Positions 1 through 9,395 of a stretch of 64,000 nt of DNA are shown here, piece by piece. Location: contig CAWFQL010000016.1 in the NCBI GenBank assembly GCA_963817915.1, forward strand, positions 320,001 through 384,000. Reading direction: 5' to 3'. Position numbers and translations under genes: made by a program. This DNA comes from an uncultured candidate division Zixibacteria bacterium (GTDB taxonomy: Bacteria > Zixibacteria > MSB-5A5 > UBA10806). The notes beneath the pieces are model-generated. The model saw only the letters and a list, made by a program, of their open reading frames with translations. It did not search any database and was not told the origin of the DNA. Numbering within the stretch: the first letter of the stretch is position 1; every line of letters begins with the position of its first letter.

Positions 1-641
1 ACACCCCAAACGCCCAACGGCGCAGATATGTTGCGAAACAGTTGTATCATGCTTTTTTTGCGCTCGCCGGGGCTGTCTCCTTCGAAGAGATCACCAAGCA
101 GCAATACAACATCGGGCTTGAGCGCGTTCACCTGATTGACTCGTCCCCTCAGCCATTTTTCGTCGAGCAAGTTTCCCACGTGCAGATCGGAGAGGACTAC
201 CATTGTCATGCCGTCATATTGCCCGGGCAGATTTGGTATGCCGATCTCGTAATCGCGCACTATTGGCGCACGATAACCCTGATACAAAGCGAATATCGAA
301 AGAAGTATTCCTGCTCCGAACGCCGACAGCCGCAAAATCGCGATATATTTCTTAAATACTAAACCGAAAATCGTGGCTAAATCAACTATCAAAAGACAGG
401 TGAATATCAAAAAAGTCACGCCAAGCCAATTCATGCTGAAAAGCTCAAATATAGGGAATAAGCTATTTAACCCAATCTCGATCGCAACGCCGGGAAGAAA
501 GTGTGTCATCCACAAAACCGCAATAATTATGAAAAGAGATAAACGGGAAATATGGCGTGTAATTATCGAAAGCGATGACGCGCGCCAATATATATAAAGA
601 TGAAAAATAGTCCAGGCTGTGAATAGCATCGTGTGAAACAC
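1..641 (-). CDS. Membrane-anchored calcineurin-like metallophosphoesterase (YkuE/YaeI type), runs off the window edge; absent from the ORF track
   Basis: Manual translation of the minus strand from GTG at 641 (GGAG upstream) gives hydrophobic N-terminal helices, then ...MVVLSDLHVG...LKPDVVLLLGDLFEG...APLGVWG, with DxH and GD motifs. Confidence 0.85.
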   Translation of the reverse strand, partial: MFHTMLFTAWTIFHLYIYWRASSLSIITRHISRLSLFIIIAVLWMTHFLPGVAIEIGLNSLFPIFELFSMNWLGVTFLIFTCLLIVDLATIFGLVFKKYIAILRLSAFGAGILLSIFALYQGYRAPIVRDYEIGIPNLPGQYDGMTMVVLSDLHVGNLLDEKWLRGRVNQVNALKPDVVLLLGDLFEGDSPGERKKSMIQLFRNISAPLGVWG

Positions 642-797
642 GATTAATTACTCCAATCGGTAGTGGGATGCCGCATGAGATGGAATATAATGGATGAAGA
701 ATGCGGCTCAAATAACAATCTATGCAATTTCAATATTAAAAAATCCAAGCGCAACGAACTAACTTATGGATGTCGAATATGAATTTACAAAGATATA

Positions 798-1691
798 ATG
801 CACCTTATCATGCCGGAACTGTCATTTCCAATTTCTCGTTACTATGACATGGTAATATTCGGCCCCAGAACAGTGCAACAGAAACCACAGAACATTCACA
901 ATCCATCTGACCGTTTGACGATTATAGCCATCGCAATTATAGCATACGCCCTCACGAGCATTCTGCATGAAGCGTTGGGCCATGGAAGCGCGGCTATTCT
1001 TCTGGGTTTCAGACCGACCATTTTATCATCGCTGGCATTAGATTTTAATAATTCGAATATATCCGCCTGGCAGACTCGCGTAATAGCGGCCGCCGGCACA
1101 GTCTTAAATCTGTTCGCCGGGCTGATAGCGTTTCTAATTCTGAAATATTCGAAAATTAGAAATCATTCGCGCTATTTTGTTTGGCTTTTAATGACTATTA
1201 ATATCCTGGCGGGAGCCGGATATCTTCTGGTATCACCTTTCGGAAATTTCGGGGACTGGGCTGTTTTTCTTAATGGCCTTCAGTCGTTGTTACTCTGGAA
1301 GCTCCTGCTAACCATTTTGGGATTGATTTTATATATTCTTGGAATGAAAATCGCTGCCGACAATTTCAAGCCTTTTCTTCCCTATGATACTTCCCTTCGA
1401 CGAAAAGAATCATATGCCCTGACTTTAATTCCATATCTGACTGGTGGTATTTTGTATTGCCTCGCGGGGTTATTTAATCCATTTGGGATGATCTATGTTC
1501 TAATTTCAGCCGCGGCGGCATCATTCTTTGGCCACGCCGGCATGATTAATATTCCTACTATGCTGCGTAAGGTAGTGACTAATGAAACCGACTTTGTGGA
1601 TACGATCTACCGCAAATGGCAATTGATTATTATGGGCGTAATTGTACTGATCCTCTTCGTAAGTATTTTGGGACCCGGCATTCATTTTTAG
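798..1691 (+). CDS. Multi-pass membrane protein, possible M50-like zinc metallopeptidase; start uncertain
   Basis: Several TM segments, ILHEALGHG motif, AAG and FGDW motifs. Confidence 0.5.
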   Translation: MHLIMPELSFPISRYYDMVIFGPRTVQQKPQNIHNPSDRLTIIAIAIIAYALTSILHEALGHGSAAILLGFRPTILSSLALDFNNSNISAWQTRVIAAAGTVLNLFAGLIAFLILKYSKIRNHSRYFVWLLMTINILAGAGYLLVSPFGNFGDWAVFLNGLQSLLLWKLLLTILGLILYILGMKIAADNFKPFLPYDTSLRRKESYALTLIPYLTGGILYCLAGLFNPFGMIYVLISAAAASFFGHAGMINIPTMLRKVVTNETDFVDTIYRKWQLIIMGVIVLILFVSILGPGIHF

Positions 1692-1828
1692 CTCGACAAT
1701 ATTGGAAAGCTAAATAATCACCCTTTTTTGCGTGTATTCTTGGTTGCGTGTCGATGCGCAACTCATTATCCAATAAAAGTTTAAAAAAATATTATCAGAT
1801 TTATGAAACTTTTGCCTTAAAATTTCGT

Positions 1829-1857
1829 TTGACATATTGAACGGCGTTCAATAAATT
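1829..1857 (+). promoter_or_regulatory. Sigma70-type promoter with palindromic TetR operator in the spacer
   Basis: TTGACA (1829-1834), 17 bp, TAAATT (1852-1857); palindrome ATTGAAC-GGC-GTTCAAT at 1836-1852. Confidence 0.7.
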
Positions 1858-1887
1858 AACGGTGAATGAACGCTAAGGTAAAAAGAA

Positions 1888-2517
1888 ATGGAAAGCAAAA
1901 TGGGTACTACAGAACGTAGACAAAGGGAACGAGGAGAGATGCATGACATCATCATTGATGCGGCCATGGAATTGTTCCTTACCGAGGGATATGAAAAGAC
2001 CTCGATGCGCAAGATAGCCGAAAAAATCGAATATACTCCAGGCGCGATTTATTCTTACTTCAAGGATAAAGATGAGATACTATATGAGATTCACATTCAC
2101 GGATTTACAAAACTGTCCGAGATGCTTAAGGTAGCGCTCGATGAAGTAAATCCAATGGACAAGCTCTACAAAACCGGAAAATTATATATACAATTCGCGT
2201 TGGAGAACCCTGAATATTACGACTTGATGTTTATCGATCGCAGCATTCTCAGATCCTGTTTTGAAGGTAAGGACTGGAAGCAGGGACATGCGGCATACGA
2301 TGTCCTCGTTCAGATTGTCACGGAATGTATTGATCAAGGGTATCTGCCAAAGGGAGATGTACAGGCGGCGTCGTATGCATTCTGGTCTTTGGTTCATGGC
2401 CTGGTCACATTAGTTCTCAGGGGAAGATGCATGGTGACCGGGAAAGAATTGCAGGAGCAAATGATCCATGCGTCCTATGATCTAATCATGCAAGCATTGA
2501 GAAGCGCAAAACAATAA
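1888..2517 (+). CDS. TetR/AcrR family transcriptional regulator
   Basis: N-terminal HTH (AAMELFLTEGYEKTSMRKIAEKIEYTPGAIYSYFKDK); upstream of an efflux operon. Confidence 0.95.
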   Translation: MESKMGTTERRQRERGEMHDIIIDAAMELFLTEGYEKTSMRKIAEKIEYTPGAIYSYFKDKDEILYEIHIHGFTKLSEMLKVALDEVNPMDKLYKTGKLYIQFALENPEYYDLMFIDRSILRSCFEGKDWKQGHAAYDVLVQIVTECIDQGYLPKGDVQAASYAFWSLVHGLVTLVLRGRCMVTGKELQEQMIHASYDLIMQALRSAKQ

Positions 2518-2533
2518 TTTTTTTTAACCCTAA

Positions 2534-2550
2534 ATTGAACGGAGTTCAAT
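2534..2550. promoter_or_regulatory. Second copy of the TetR operator palindrome
   Basis: ATTGAAC-GGA-GTTCAAT, 16/17 identical to 1836-1852, at the start of the TolC-family gene. Confidence 0.65.
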
Positions 2551-3967
2551 GTTTATGCGGTGTTCAAATAAAACAAAAAAAACCCTATCGGGTTGGGCGG
2601 GGGTCATGTCCATTATGGCCATGGCCTTCATTTTCTCATTTCCTGCCGCGCAGGCCTCGACGCATCTCGATAACTACCTGCGTATCGGCCTGAATCAAAA
2701 TCTCTCACTGAATCAGCGTAAATTATCGCTGCAAAAAGCTTCGGCCAGCGCCAATGAAGCGTTCGGATTGATGCTCCCTTCGGTTTCATTGGATACACGA
2801 TATAGCGAACTCAGCGGCAACAACCTCGATTTTGGCGATATGATTAATCCCGTTTATGCCACATTGAATCAGCTGATCGGCCAGAATCGCTTCCCAACCG
2901 ACCTGAGTTTGAAGCTGCCCATGAAGCAGGAAACCAAAATTAGAGTCACTCAGCCGATCTTTGCGCCCAAAGCATTTTACAACTATCGGATTCGCCGCAA
3001 TCTAAGGGATTCCGAACGAGCGGCATTTGAAGCCTCGGCCAGAGAATTGGTAGCCGAAATTAAAATGACATACTTGAATTATGCCAAAACTGTTAAGGTG
3101 GTCGAGCTTTACTCGCAAACTCTCCAGCTATTGGATGAGAATCTTAGGGTCAGCCAGAAATTAGTGGATAACCAGAAAGCGACTCTTGACGTCCTGTATC
3201 GCGCCAAAGCCGATTTGAGCGATATTCAGCAGAAATTATCCGATGCCAAACGTCAACAATCAGACGCCGCCATGTATTTCAATTTCCTGCTCAATAGGCC
3301 TATCGATGACGATATCGCGCTTGATCCCGATTCTGTTATTGCCAATATCGCGATACCATCAATCGATAATGTCATGCGCACCGGTATCGATAGCCGTGAA
3401 GAGCTTATGCAGGTCGCTAAAGGAATTCAGGCTTCATCCAATAATGTTAAACTCAATAGCTCTTCGTTTGTCCCCAGTGTCGCCGTTGCAGTTGATTATG
3501 GATTCCAGGGCGATAATTATCATTTTACCAGCCGCAACGACAACACGATAGTATCATTGGTTGCTCAATGGAATATCTTCAATGGCGGCCAGGATTATTC
3601 TCGCCGAAAACAGGCCGTCCTCGATACAGATCGTTTGAAATTACAAAAAGACGAAATTCGTAGACAGATCGAACTTCAGATTCGTCAGGCCTACGATGCC
3701 TTGATTGTCGCGCAACAAGCCCAGGCAACATCGAATGATCGTCTTCAGAGCGCGAAGAAATCATTTGAGATAGTATCGCGCCGGTACTCTGAAGGCCTCG
3801 CTTCTCAAATCGAATTTATCGACGCCCGCACGAACTACACATCATCGGGGATAAATCAAATTTTGACAAATTACGACTTTGTCCAAAAATATGTCCAGCT
3901 CGAACGAGCCGCCGCGCTCTTCGAGCTTCCAACTGAAATAACCAACAATAACAATAAAGGAGAGTAA
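2549..3967 (+). CDS. TolC-family outer membrane efflux protein
   Basis: Signal peptide, helical OEP repeats, operon context with MFP and RND genes. Confidence 0.9.
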   Translation: MFMRCSNKTKKTLSGWAGVMSIMAMAFIFSFPAAQASTHLDNYLRIGLNQNLSLNQRKLSLQKASASANEAFGLMLPSVSLDTRYSELSGNNLDFGDMINPVYATLNQLIGQNRFPTDLSLKLPMKQETKIRVTQPIFAPKAFYNYRIRRNLRDSERAAFEASARELVAEIKMTYLNYAKTVKVVELYSQTLQLLDENLRVSQKLVDNQKATLDVLYRAKADLSDIQQKLSDAKRQQSDAAMYFNFLLNRPIDDDIALDPDSVIANIAIPSIDNVMRTGIDSREELMQVAKGIQASSNNVKLNSSSFVPSVAVAVDYGFQGDNYHFTSRNDNTIVSLVAQWNIFNGGQDYSRRKQAVLDTDRLKLQKDEIRRQIELQIRQAYDALIVAQQAQATSNDRLQSAKKSFEIVSRRYSEGLASQIEFIDARTNYTSSGINQILTNYDFVQKYVQLERAAALFELPTEITNNNNKGE

Positions 3968-3968
3968 T

Positions 3969-5036
3969 ATGTTTAGCAAAACTAGAAATCTAACATTGGC
4001 TATGATGATTCTCGCCGGTTCAATGGCGCTCATTGGATGCGGCAGTCATCCCGATGCGGTAGCCAAAAAAGATACGACCTCGGTCGCGCCGGTTTATGTT
4101 CGGGTTGCTTCGGTTGAGCATACGAATGCGGTTCTGCCGGTCAGGGCAGTCGGCAGATTAGAAGCCAAAGAAGAGCTTCGTCTATCTTTCAAGATCGGTG
4201 GAATTGTAGAAAAAATGTTTGTCGACGAAGGCCAGCAAGTTTCCAGGGGCCAGCTTCTCGCGACCCTAAGTTTGACCGAAATCGACGCTCAACTTGCGCA
4301 GGCTCAAAATGGTTTCGATAAGGCCGATCGTGATTTGAAGAGAATAAAAAGCCTGTTTGCCGATACAGTGGCGACCCTGGAACAGCTCCAAAATGCCACC
4401 ACCGCCTGGGAAATGGCAAAGGCCGGTCTTGACGCGGCGGCATTCAACCGTAAATACGCCCAGATATATGCACCATCCGATGGTCGGATTCTCCAGAGAA
4501 AGGCCGATGATCATGAGCTGGTATCGCCCGGCACTCCGATTATTGTCATGACTGCCAATGAAAGAGGTTGGGTGGTTCGCACCAGTCTCGCCGATCGCGA
4601 TCTCGTCCGAATTAGTCTTGGCGATGCCGCAGATATCAATTTCGACGCCATACCCGGAGTTGTAATTCCCGGTATAATTTCGGAAATCGGTGCCGCGCCA
4701 AATCCCGCCAATGGGACATATGAAGTAGAAATTAAAATTTCGTCATCGGCCTCGCATTTGATGTCGGGCCTGATAGGCAAGATCGATATTATACCGTCGG
4801 CCATCAACTCTGTAACCACAGTCCCGATCGAAGCGCTGGCATCGGCGCAGGGTGAACGCGGATTCATTTATGCCCTCAATTCCGATAAGAAGACCGCCAG
4901 CAAAATTCCAGTTACGATTGCCTATCTCCGCGATGGCCGGGCCGGCATTTCGGAAAAATTGACAGGAATCAGTTCAGTAATTACGGCCGGAATCTCCGAT
5001 CTGACAGACGGGGCTCTCGTGTCGGTGGTAAAGTAA
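3969..5036 (+). CDS. RND efflux periplasmic adaptor (MFP) lipoprotein
   Basis: Lipobox LIGC; lipoyl/hairpin motifs LSFKIGGIVEKMFVDEGQQV and IYAPSDG. Confidence 0.92.
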   Translation: MFSKTRNLTLAMMILAGSMALIGCGSHPDAVAKKDTTSVAPVYVRVASVEHTNAVLPVRAVGRLEAKEELRLSFKIGGIVEKMFVDEGQQVSRGQLLATLSLTEIDAQLAQAQNGFDKADRDLKRIKSLFADTVATLEQLQNATTAWEMAKAGLDAAAFNRKYAQIYAPSDGRILQRKADDHELVSPGTPIIVMTANERGWVVRTSLADRDLVRISLGDAADINFDAIPGVVIPGIISEIGAAPNPANGTYEVEIKISSSASHLMSGLIGKIDIIPSAINSVTTVPIEALASAQGERGFIYALNSDKKTASKIPVTIAYLRDGRAGISEKLTGISSVITAGISDLTDGALVSVVK

Positions 5037-5077
5037 CTTTCAAATATTAAGTTGATGACACCCGGAGAGGAGCATAT

Positions 5078-8000
5078 ATGAAGCTCGCAGAATTCTCAGT
5101 TAAGAACTACCGATTTACGATAGTAGTCTTTCTATTGCTGATCGGATTGGGGATGACATCCCTGATGGATATTCCGAGATCGGAAGATCCGGTCTTTCCA
5201 ATTCCATCATTCGGCATTGTCGCTATTCTACCTGGAGGCAATCCGCATGATATCGAGCAGCTGCTTGTTAACCCGATAGAAAAGAGTCTCAAGGAATTGG
5301 AGGACGTAAAAAGAATCTGGTCGACTGCGGAAGACCAGCTTGCGATAACAACGATCGAATTTGAAGATAAATCAGATGTCCAACAAAAATACGACGCTGT
5401 CCTGAGACAGGTTAATAGCATTCGGGGCGATCTCCCCGAAGAATTACTCAGCCTCGAAGTGGTTAAATTCACTACCTCCAATGTAAATATCGTGCAGTGC
5501 GCGCTTGTCTCCGATTCAGTTGATTACAAGACTCTCGAGACCGAGGCAAAAAACCTTAAAGATCGTCTTGACGCTATCAGCGGAATTAAAAAAGCTAAGA
5601 CCGTGGCGTACCCCGAGGCTCAGGTTCGAGTTTCATTGGATCTCGAACGAATCGCGGCTCTGCGAATTCCGTTAAATCAAATAATCGGCGCGATTCAGGG
5701 TGAAAATGTAGGTATCCCCGGCGGCTCCGTAGAATCCGGGACACGGCGATTCAATCTGGAAATCTCTGGCCGATACAAATCGCTCGATGAAATCGGATCG
5801 ACTGTCATTTCGTCGTCAGGTGGCTCGGTAATCCGTGTGCGCGATATAGCGGAAATTTCATGGGGGCACGAGGATGAATCCTATACCGCTCGCTATAACG
5901 GCAAGAGGGCAGTCTTTGTCACGGCGAATTTGATGGAAGGCAAGAATATCTTCGAAGTTCGCGACAAGATATTCGCTCAATATAAAGAGATCGAAAAGAA
6001 TCTTCCCAAGGGTGTCAAGCTGGAAACAGGCTTTGATCAATCCACGAACGTCGCGCGCAGATTGAGCCATTTGCTGGTGGATTTCCTTATAGCGCTTGTA
6101 TTGGTTCTTCTCACATTGTTGCCGCTTGGGCCGCGGGCATCGATTATAGTCATGATTTCGATACCATTATCAATCGCCCTTGGAACGACATTACTATATT
6201 GGACCGGATTCAGCCTTAACCAGCTTAGTATAGTGGGATTTGTAGTCGCCCTTGGACTGTTGGTGGATGATTCCATCGTGGTAATCGAAAATATTTCCCG
6301 CTTCATCAGAAATGGCTATAGCCGTCGCGAGGCCGCAGTGGCCGCCACCCGTCAGATTGGTATAGCAGTTATAGGATGCACCGCCACTCTAATGTTCGCA
6401 TTTCTGCCACTTCTACTCCTTCCCGGGCCTGCTGGAAATTACATCAGAAGCCTACCGGCCTCTGTCTTATACACCATCGCGGCTTCGTTACTGGTGTCGC
6501 TGACTATCGTTCCGTTTTTGGCGAGTATCATCCTGAAAAAAGAGGAGCGAAAAGAAGGCAATCGTATTCTGCAAGGATTGAATTGGGTTTTGGAACGATC
6601 CTATCGCCGTCTGCTTCATTGGTCAATTGGCCACCCCGTTAAGACAGTCGTAATTGCGGCAATATTATTCATTGGAAGTCTTTCACTTATTCCGGTGGTA
6701 GGATTCAGCTTATTCCCCAAATCAGGCTTGCCCCAGTTTACTGTGAAGATTGAAGCCCCCGAGGGAAGCTCCGTTACTGTGGTAGACAACGCGGCCAAAT
6801 TTGCGGAATCGTCTCTTTTGAATAAGCCTGGAATAAAAGATGTCTTTACAAATATTGGCTCCGCCAATCCTCAAGTCTACTATAACCAATCGGATTTCGA
6901 GAAAAAAGCCAATATCGGCGAGTTGTTTGTTACCATGGAAGAATACAACGCCCACAAAACACCGAAATATCTCGATAGTCTTCGCACGGTATACAGCCGT
7001 TACCCCGACGCCAAAATAGAAATAAAAGAATTCTCGAATGGAATGGATTTCAAATATCCTATCATGCTAAGAATTATCGGTGACGATCTCGATACCCTGG
7101 GAATGCTCGCGGGCCAGGTAGAAGAAATTATGAAGAGCACCGAAGGAACGATGTCGCAGAACAACCCGATGCGCAACCCACGCACTGACCTTCATATCAA
7201 TGTCAACAGGGATAAGGCAGGGCTTCTCGGAATTCCCCTCGTTGATATACAAAGAGAAATTCGACTTGGTGTTGCGGGATTTTCGGCAGGCAAATATCGT
7301 GAAGAGGACGGCGAAGAGTATGATATCGTACTGGGATTGCCCAATAGCAAGAGACAGACTGTCGAGGCTCTCGATAAAATGTATGTCGGCTCCATGGCTA
7401 GCGGATATGTACCATTGAAGCAGGTAGCCTCGCTCGAATTCCAAACATCGCCGACCAAAATAGATCATTACAAACTTAGACGATCTGTATCTGTGGGATG
7501 CGATGTCAAAACCGGCTATAACACGGACCGTTTAACAAAGCAGGTACTCAAGGAAGTACAGGGTATGAGAATGCCATCCGGTTATGAAATCGTACCGTCG
7601 GGAGAAATCGAAAGCCGCGAGGAAAGTTTCGGCGGCTTCGGTTCGGCGATTCTTATCGCCGCATTCGGAATGCTGGTCGTTTTGATACTGGAATTTAAGA
7701 CGTTTAGAGGGACTCTGATCGTAGCCTCGGTAATACCGTTAGGGATAATCGGAGGTATCGCGGGACTCCTCTTCACCGGCGAGACCCTATCGTTTGTTTC
7801 TATGATTGGATTCATCGCATTGATGGGAATCGAAGTTAAGAATTCGATTCTCCTCGTGGATTTTACCAATCAGCTGCGAGAAAAAGGCATGGGTATCGAT
7901 GACGCAATTCAGCAAGCGGGCGAAATAAGGTTTGTACCGATACTTCTAACAACCTTGACCGCAATCGGCGGCCTGTTACCGTTAGTCATAGAAGGCGCGC

Positions 8001-8140
8001 CGCTGTATGCACCGTTAGCAATTGTAATCATCGGCGGCCTGATCAGCTCGACTATCCTGGCTCGTTTGGTCACACCGGTGATGTATAAATTACTTGCTCC
8101 GGAAATCGTACATTCCAATCAGGCGATAGAAGCAAAATAG
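5078..8140 (+). CDS. RND efflux transporter permease (AcrB/AcrD/AcrF family)
   Basis: 1020 aa; GLLVDDSIVVIENI, KNSILLVDF and RFVPILLTT motifs. Confidence 0.96.
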   Translation: MKLAEFSVKNYRFTIVVFLLLIGLGMTSLMDIPRSEDPVFPIPSFGIVAILPGGNPHDIEQLLVNPIEKSLKELEDVKRIWSTAEDQLAITTIEFEDKSDVQQKYDAVLRQVNSIRGDLPEELLSLEVVKFTTSNVNIVQCALVSDSVDYKTLETEAKNLKDRLDAISGIKKAKTVAYPEAQVRVSLDLERIAALRIPLNQIIGAIQGENVGIPGGSVESGTRRFNLEISGRYKSLDEIGSTVISSSGGSVIRVRDIAEISWGHEDESYTARYNGKRAVFVTANLMEGKNIFEVRDKIFAQYKEIEKNLPKGVKLETGFDQSTNVARRLSHLLVDFLIALVLVLLTLLPLGPRASIIVMISIPLSIALGTTLLYWTGFSLNQLSIVGFVVALGLLVDDSIVVIENISRFIRNGYSRREAAVAATRQIGIAVIGCTATLMFAFLPLLLLPGPAGNYIRSLPASVLYTIAASLLVSLTIVPFLASIILKKEERKEGNRILQGLNWVLERSYRRLLHWSIGHPVKTVVIAAILFIGSLSLIPVVGFSLFPKSGLPQFTVKIEAPEGSSVTVVDNAAKFAESSLLNKPGIKDVFTNIGSANPQVYYNQSDFEKKANIGELFVTMEEYNAHKTPKYLDSLRTVYSRYPDAKIEIKEFSNGMDFKYPIMLRIIGDDLDTLGMLAGQVEEIMKSTEGTMSQNNPMRNPRTDLHINVNRDKAGLLGIPLVDIQREIRLGVAGFSAGKYREEDGEEYDIVLGLPNSKRQTVEALDKMYVGSMASGYVPLKQVASLEFQTSPTKIDHYKLRRSVSVGCDVKTGYNTDRLTKQVLKEVQGMRMPSGYEIVPSGEIESREESFGGFGSAILIAAFGMLVVLILEFKTFRGTLIVASVIPLGIIGGIAGLLFTGETLSFVSMIGFIALMGIEVKNSILLVDFTNQLREKGMGIDDAIQQAGEIRFVPILLTTLTAIGGLLPLVIEGAPLYAPLAIVIIGGLISSTILARLVTPVMYKLLAPEIVHSNQAIEAK

Positions 8141-8169
8141 AAAATTGACTTCCGAGAAATGACTGCTGA

Positions 8170-8200
8170 AAAGGCGGATTCGAAATTTGAATCCGCCTTT
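8170..8200 (+). terminator. Probable intrinsic terminator
   Basis: AAAGGCGGATTC-GAAATTT-GAATCCGCCTTT hairpin after the RND gene. Confidence 0.6.
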
Positions 8201-8424
8201 GATATTGGTAAATACCCTAATCAAATTCAATATTGTTTTGATGGTTAGGCGGCTAAATGATCGAAACTTCGAAACATTGTTCATAGTTATTGGAAACGTA
8301 GCGATTATCTCATTTTTAAATTTGCGTCATGCCTTAATTGAGATAAAATAGAGAATGAAGAATAATGGAGATTGAATTTGAATTCAGCTTTTACTAAGAA
8401 AAATATCAAAATACGGGAGACCAT

Positions 8425-9132
8425 ATGGCGATTCCAAAACTTAAAGTAGATGAATTAATTACAATAAATAGAGATCATTTTTGCAAAGGGATAAAAGGGA
8501 TTTGCGTAAAGATCGTTGCGGTTGGCGATTTACCCAGCAGATTCGGCCATTTCCAGGTGGTGGCATTCTACAACAACATGGACGGTAAGGAGCATGCGGC
8601 CTTTGTCCGCGGAGATATTACCGGCAAGGAAAACGTACCGGTCAGGATGCACTCCGAATGCTTAACCGGAGATGCTATCGGTTCGCTTAGATGCGATTGC
8701 AGGGACCAGCTTGAGAAGTCATTAAAGAATTTAGGGGAAATGGAAGAAGGGCTTTTGCTATATCTGCGCCAGGAAGGCAGAGGGATCGGATTCATAAATA
8801 AGATAAAAGCATATCAATTGCAGGACGCCGGTGCCGATACGGTAGAGGCAAACATCCAATTAGGTTTTAAGGATGACGAAAGAGATTATGCTATTGCGGC
8901 GCATATGTTGAAATCATTGGAAGTAAAATCGGTAAATCTAATGACCAACAATCCCCGAAAAATCAATGCGTTGACCAGCCTTGGGATAAATGTTGTCGGC
9001 AGAATTCCGGTAATTATCCCTCCCAATGAGTATAATGCCAGATATCTACAGACAAAAATGGTAAAGTCACATCACATGCTTGAGCTTGATCCCAAGGAAC
9101 AGGTTGATGATATCAAGCATGTTGAAGCTTAG
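8425..9132 (+). CDS. ribA: GTP cyclohydrolase II
   Basis: RMHSECLTGD, SLRCDC, RQEGRGIG and LMTNNP motifs. Confidence 0.95.
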   Translation: MAIPKLKVDELITINRDHFCKGIKGICVKIVAVGDLPSRFGHFQVVAFYNNMDGKEHAAFVRGDITGKENVPVRMHSECLTGDAIGSLRCDCRDQLEKSLKNLGEMEEGLLLYLRQEGRGIGFINKIKAYQLQDAGADTVEANIQLGFKDDERDYAIAAHMLKSLEVKSVNLMTNNPRKINALTSLGINVVGRIPVIIPPNEYNARYLQTKMVKSHHMLELDPKEQVDDIKHVEA

Positions 9133-9395
9133 GCTTCGCTTTAAATAGAAAATTAATCCAATCAATGGCACAAGACGCAAATCCAAATGCCCCATGATGT
9201 GCCTTTACCGCAAATTTTCCCCAAAATAAGTCGGCTATTAAAATTATGTATCCCGATTTTTAGATATTGAAGAATTTCCGATGTCATTTCAGTTCTTAAT
9301 AGGCCATAGAATCTCTAATTTATTTCAATCCAAATTAAAAAATGCCGACCATTATAGTGTAAATACAAAATTGTCTACATTATTGGAGGGGACTT

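Noticed and set aside
42..711. Short ORFs 42-362, 373-597 and 463-711
   Set aside because: They are shadows of the minus-strand metallophosphoesterase starting at 641.
8200..8424. FMN riboswitch upstream of ribA
   Set aside because: The leader is AT-rich and lacks the conserved RFN element motifs.
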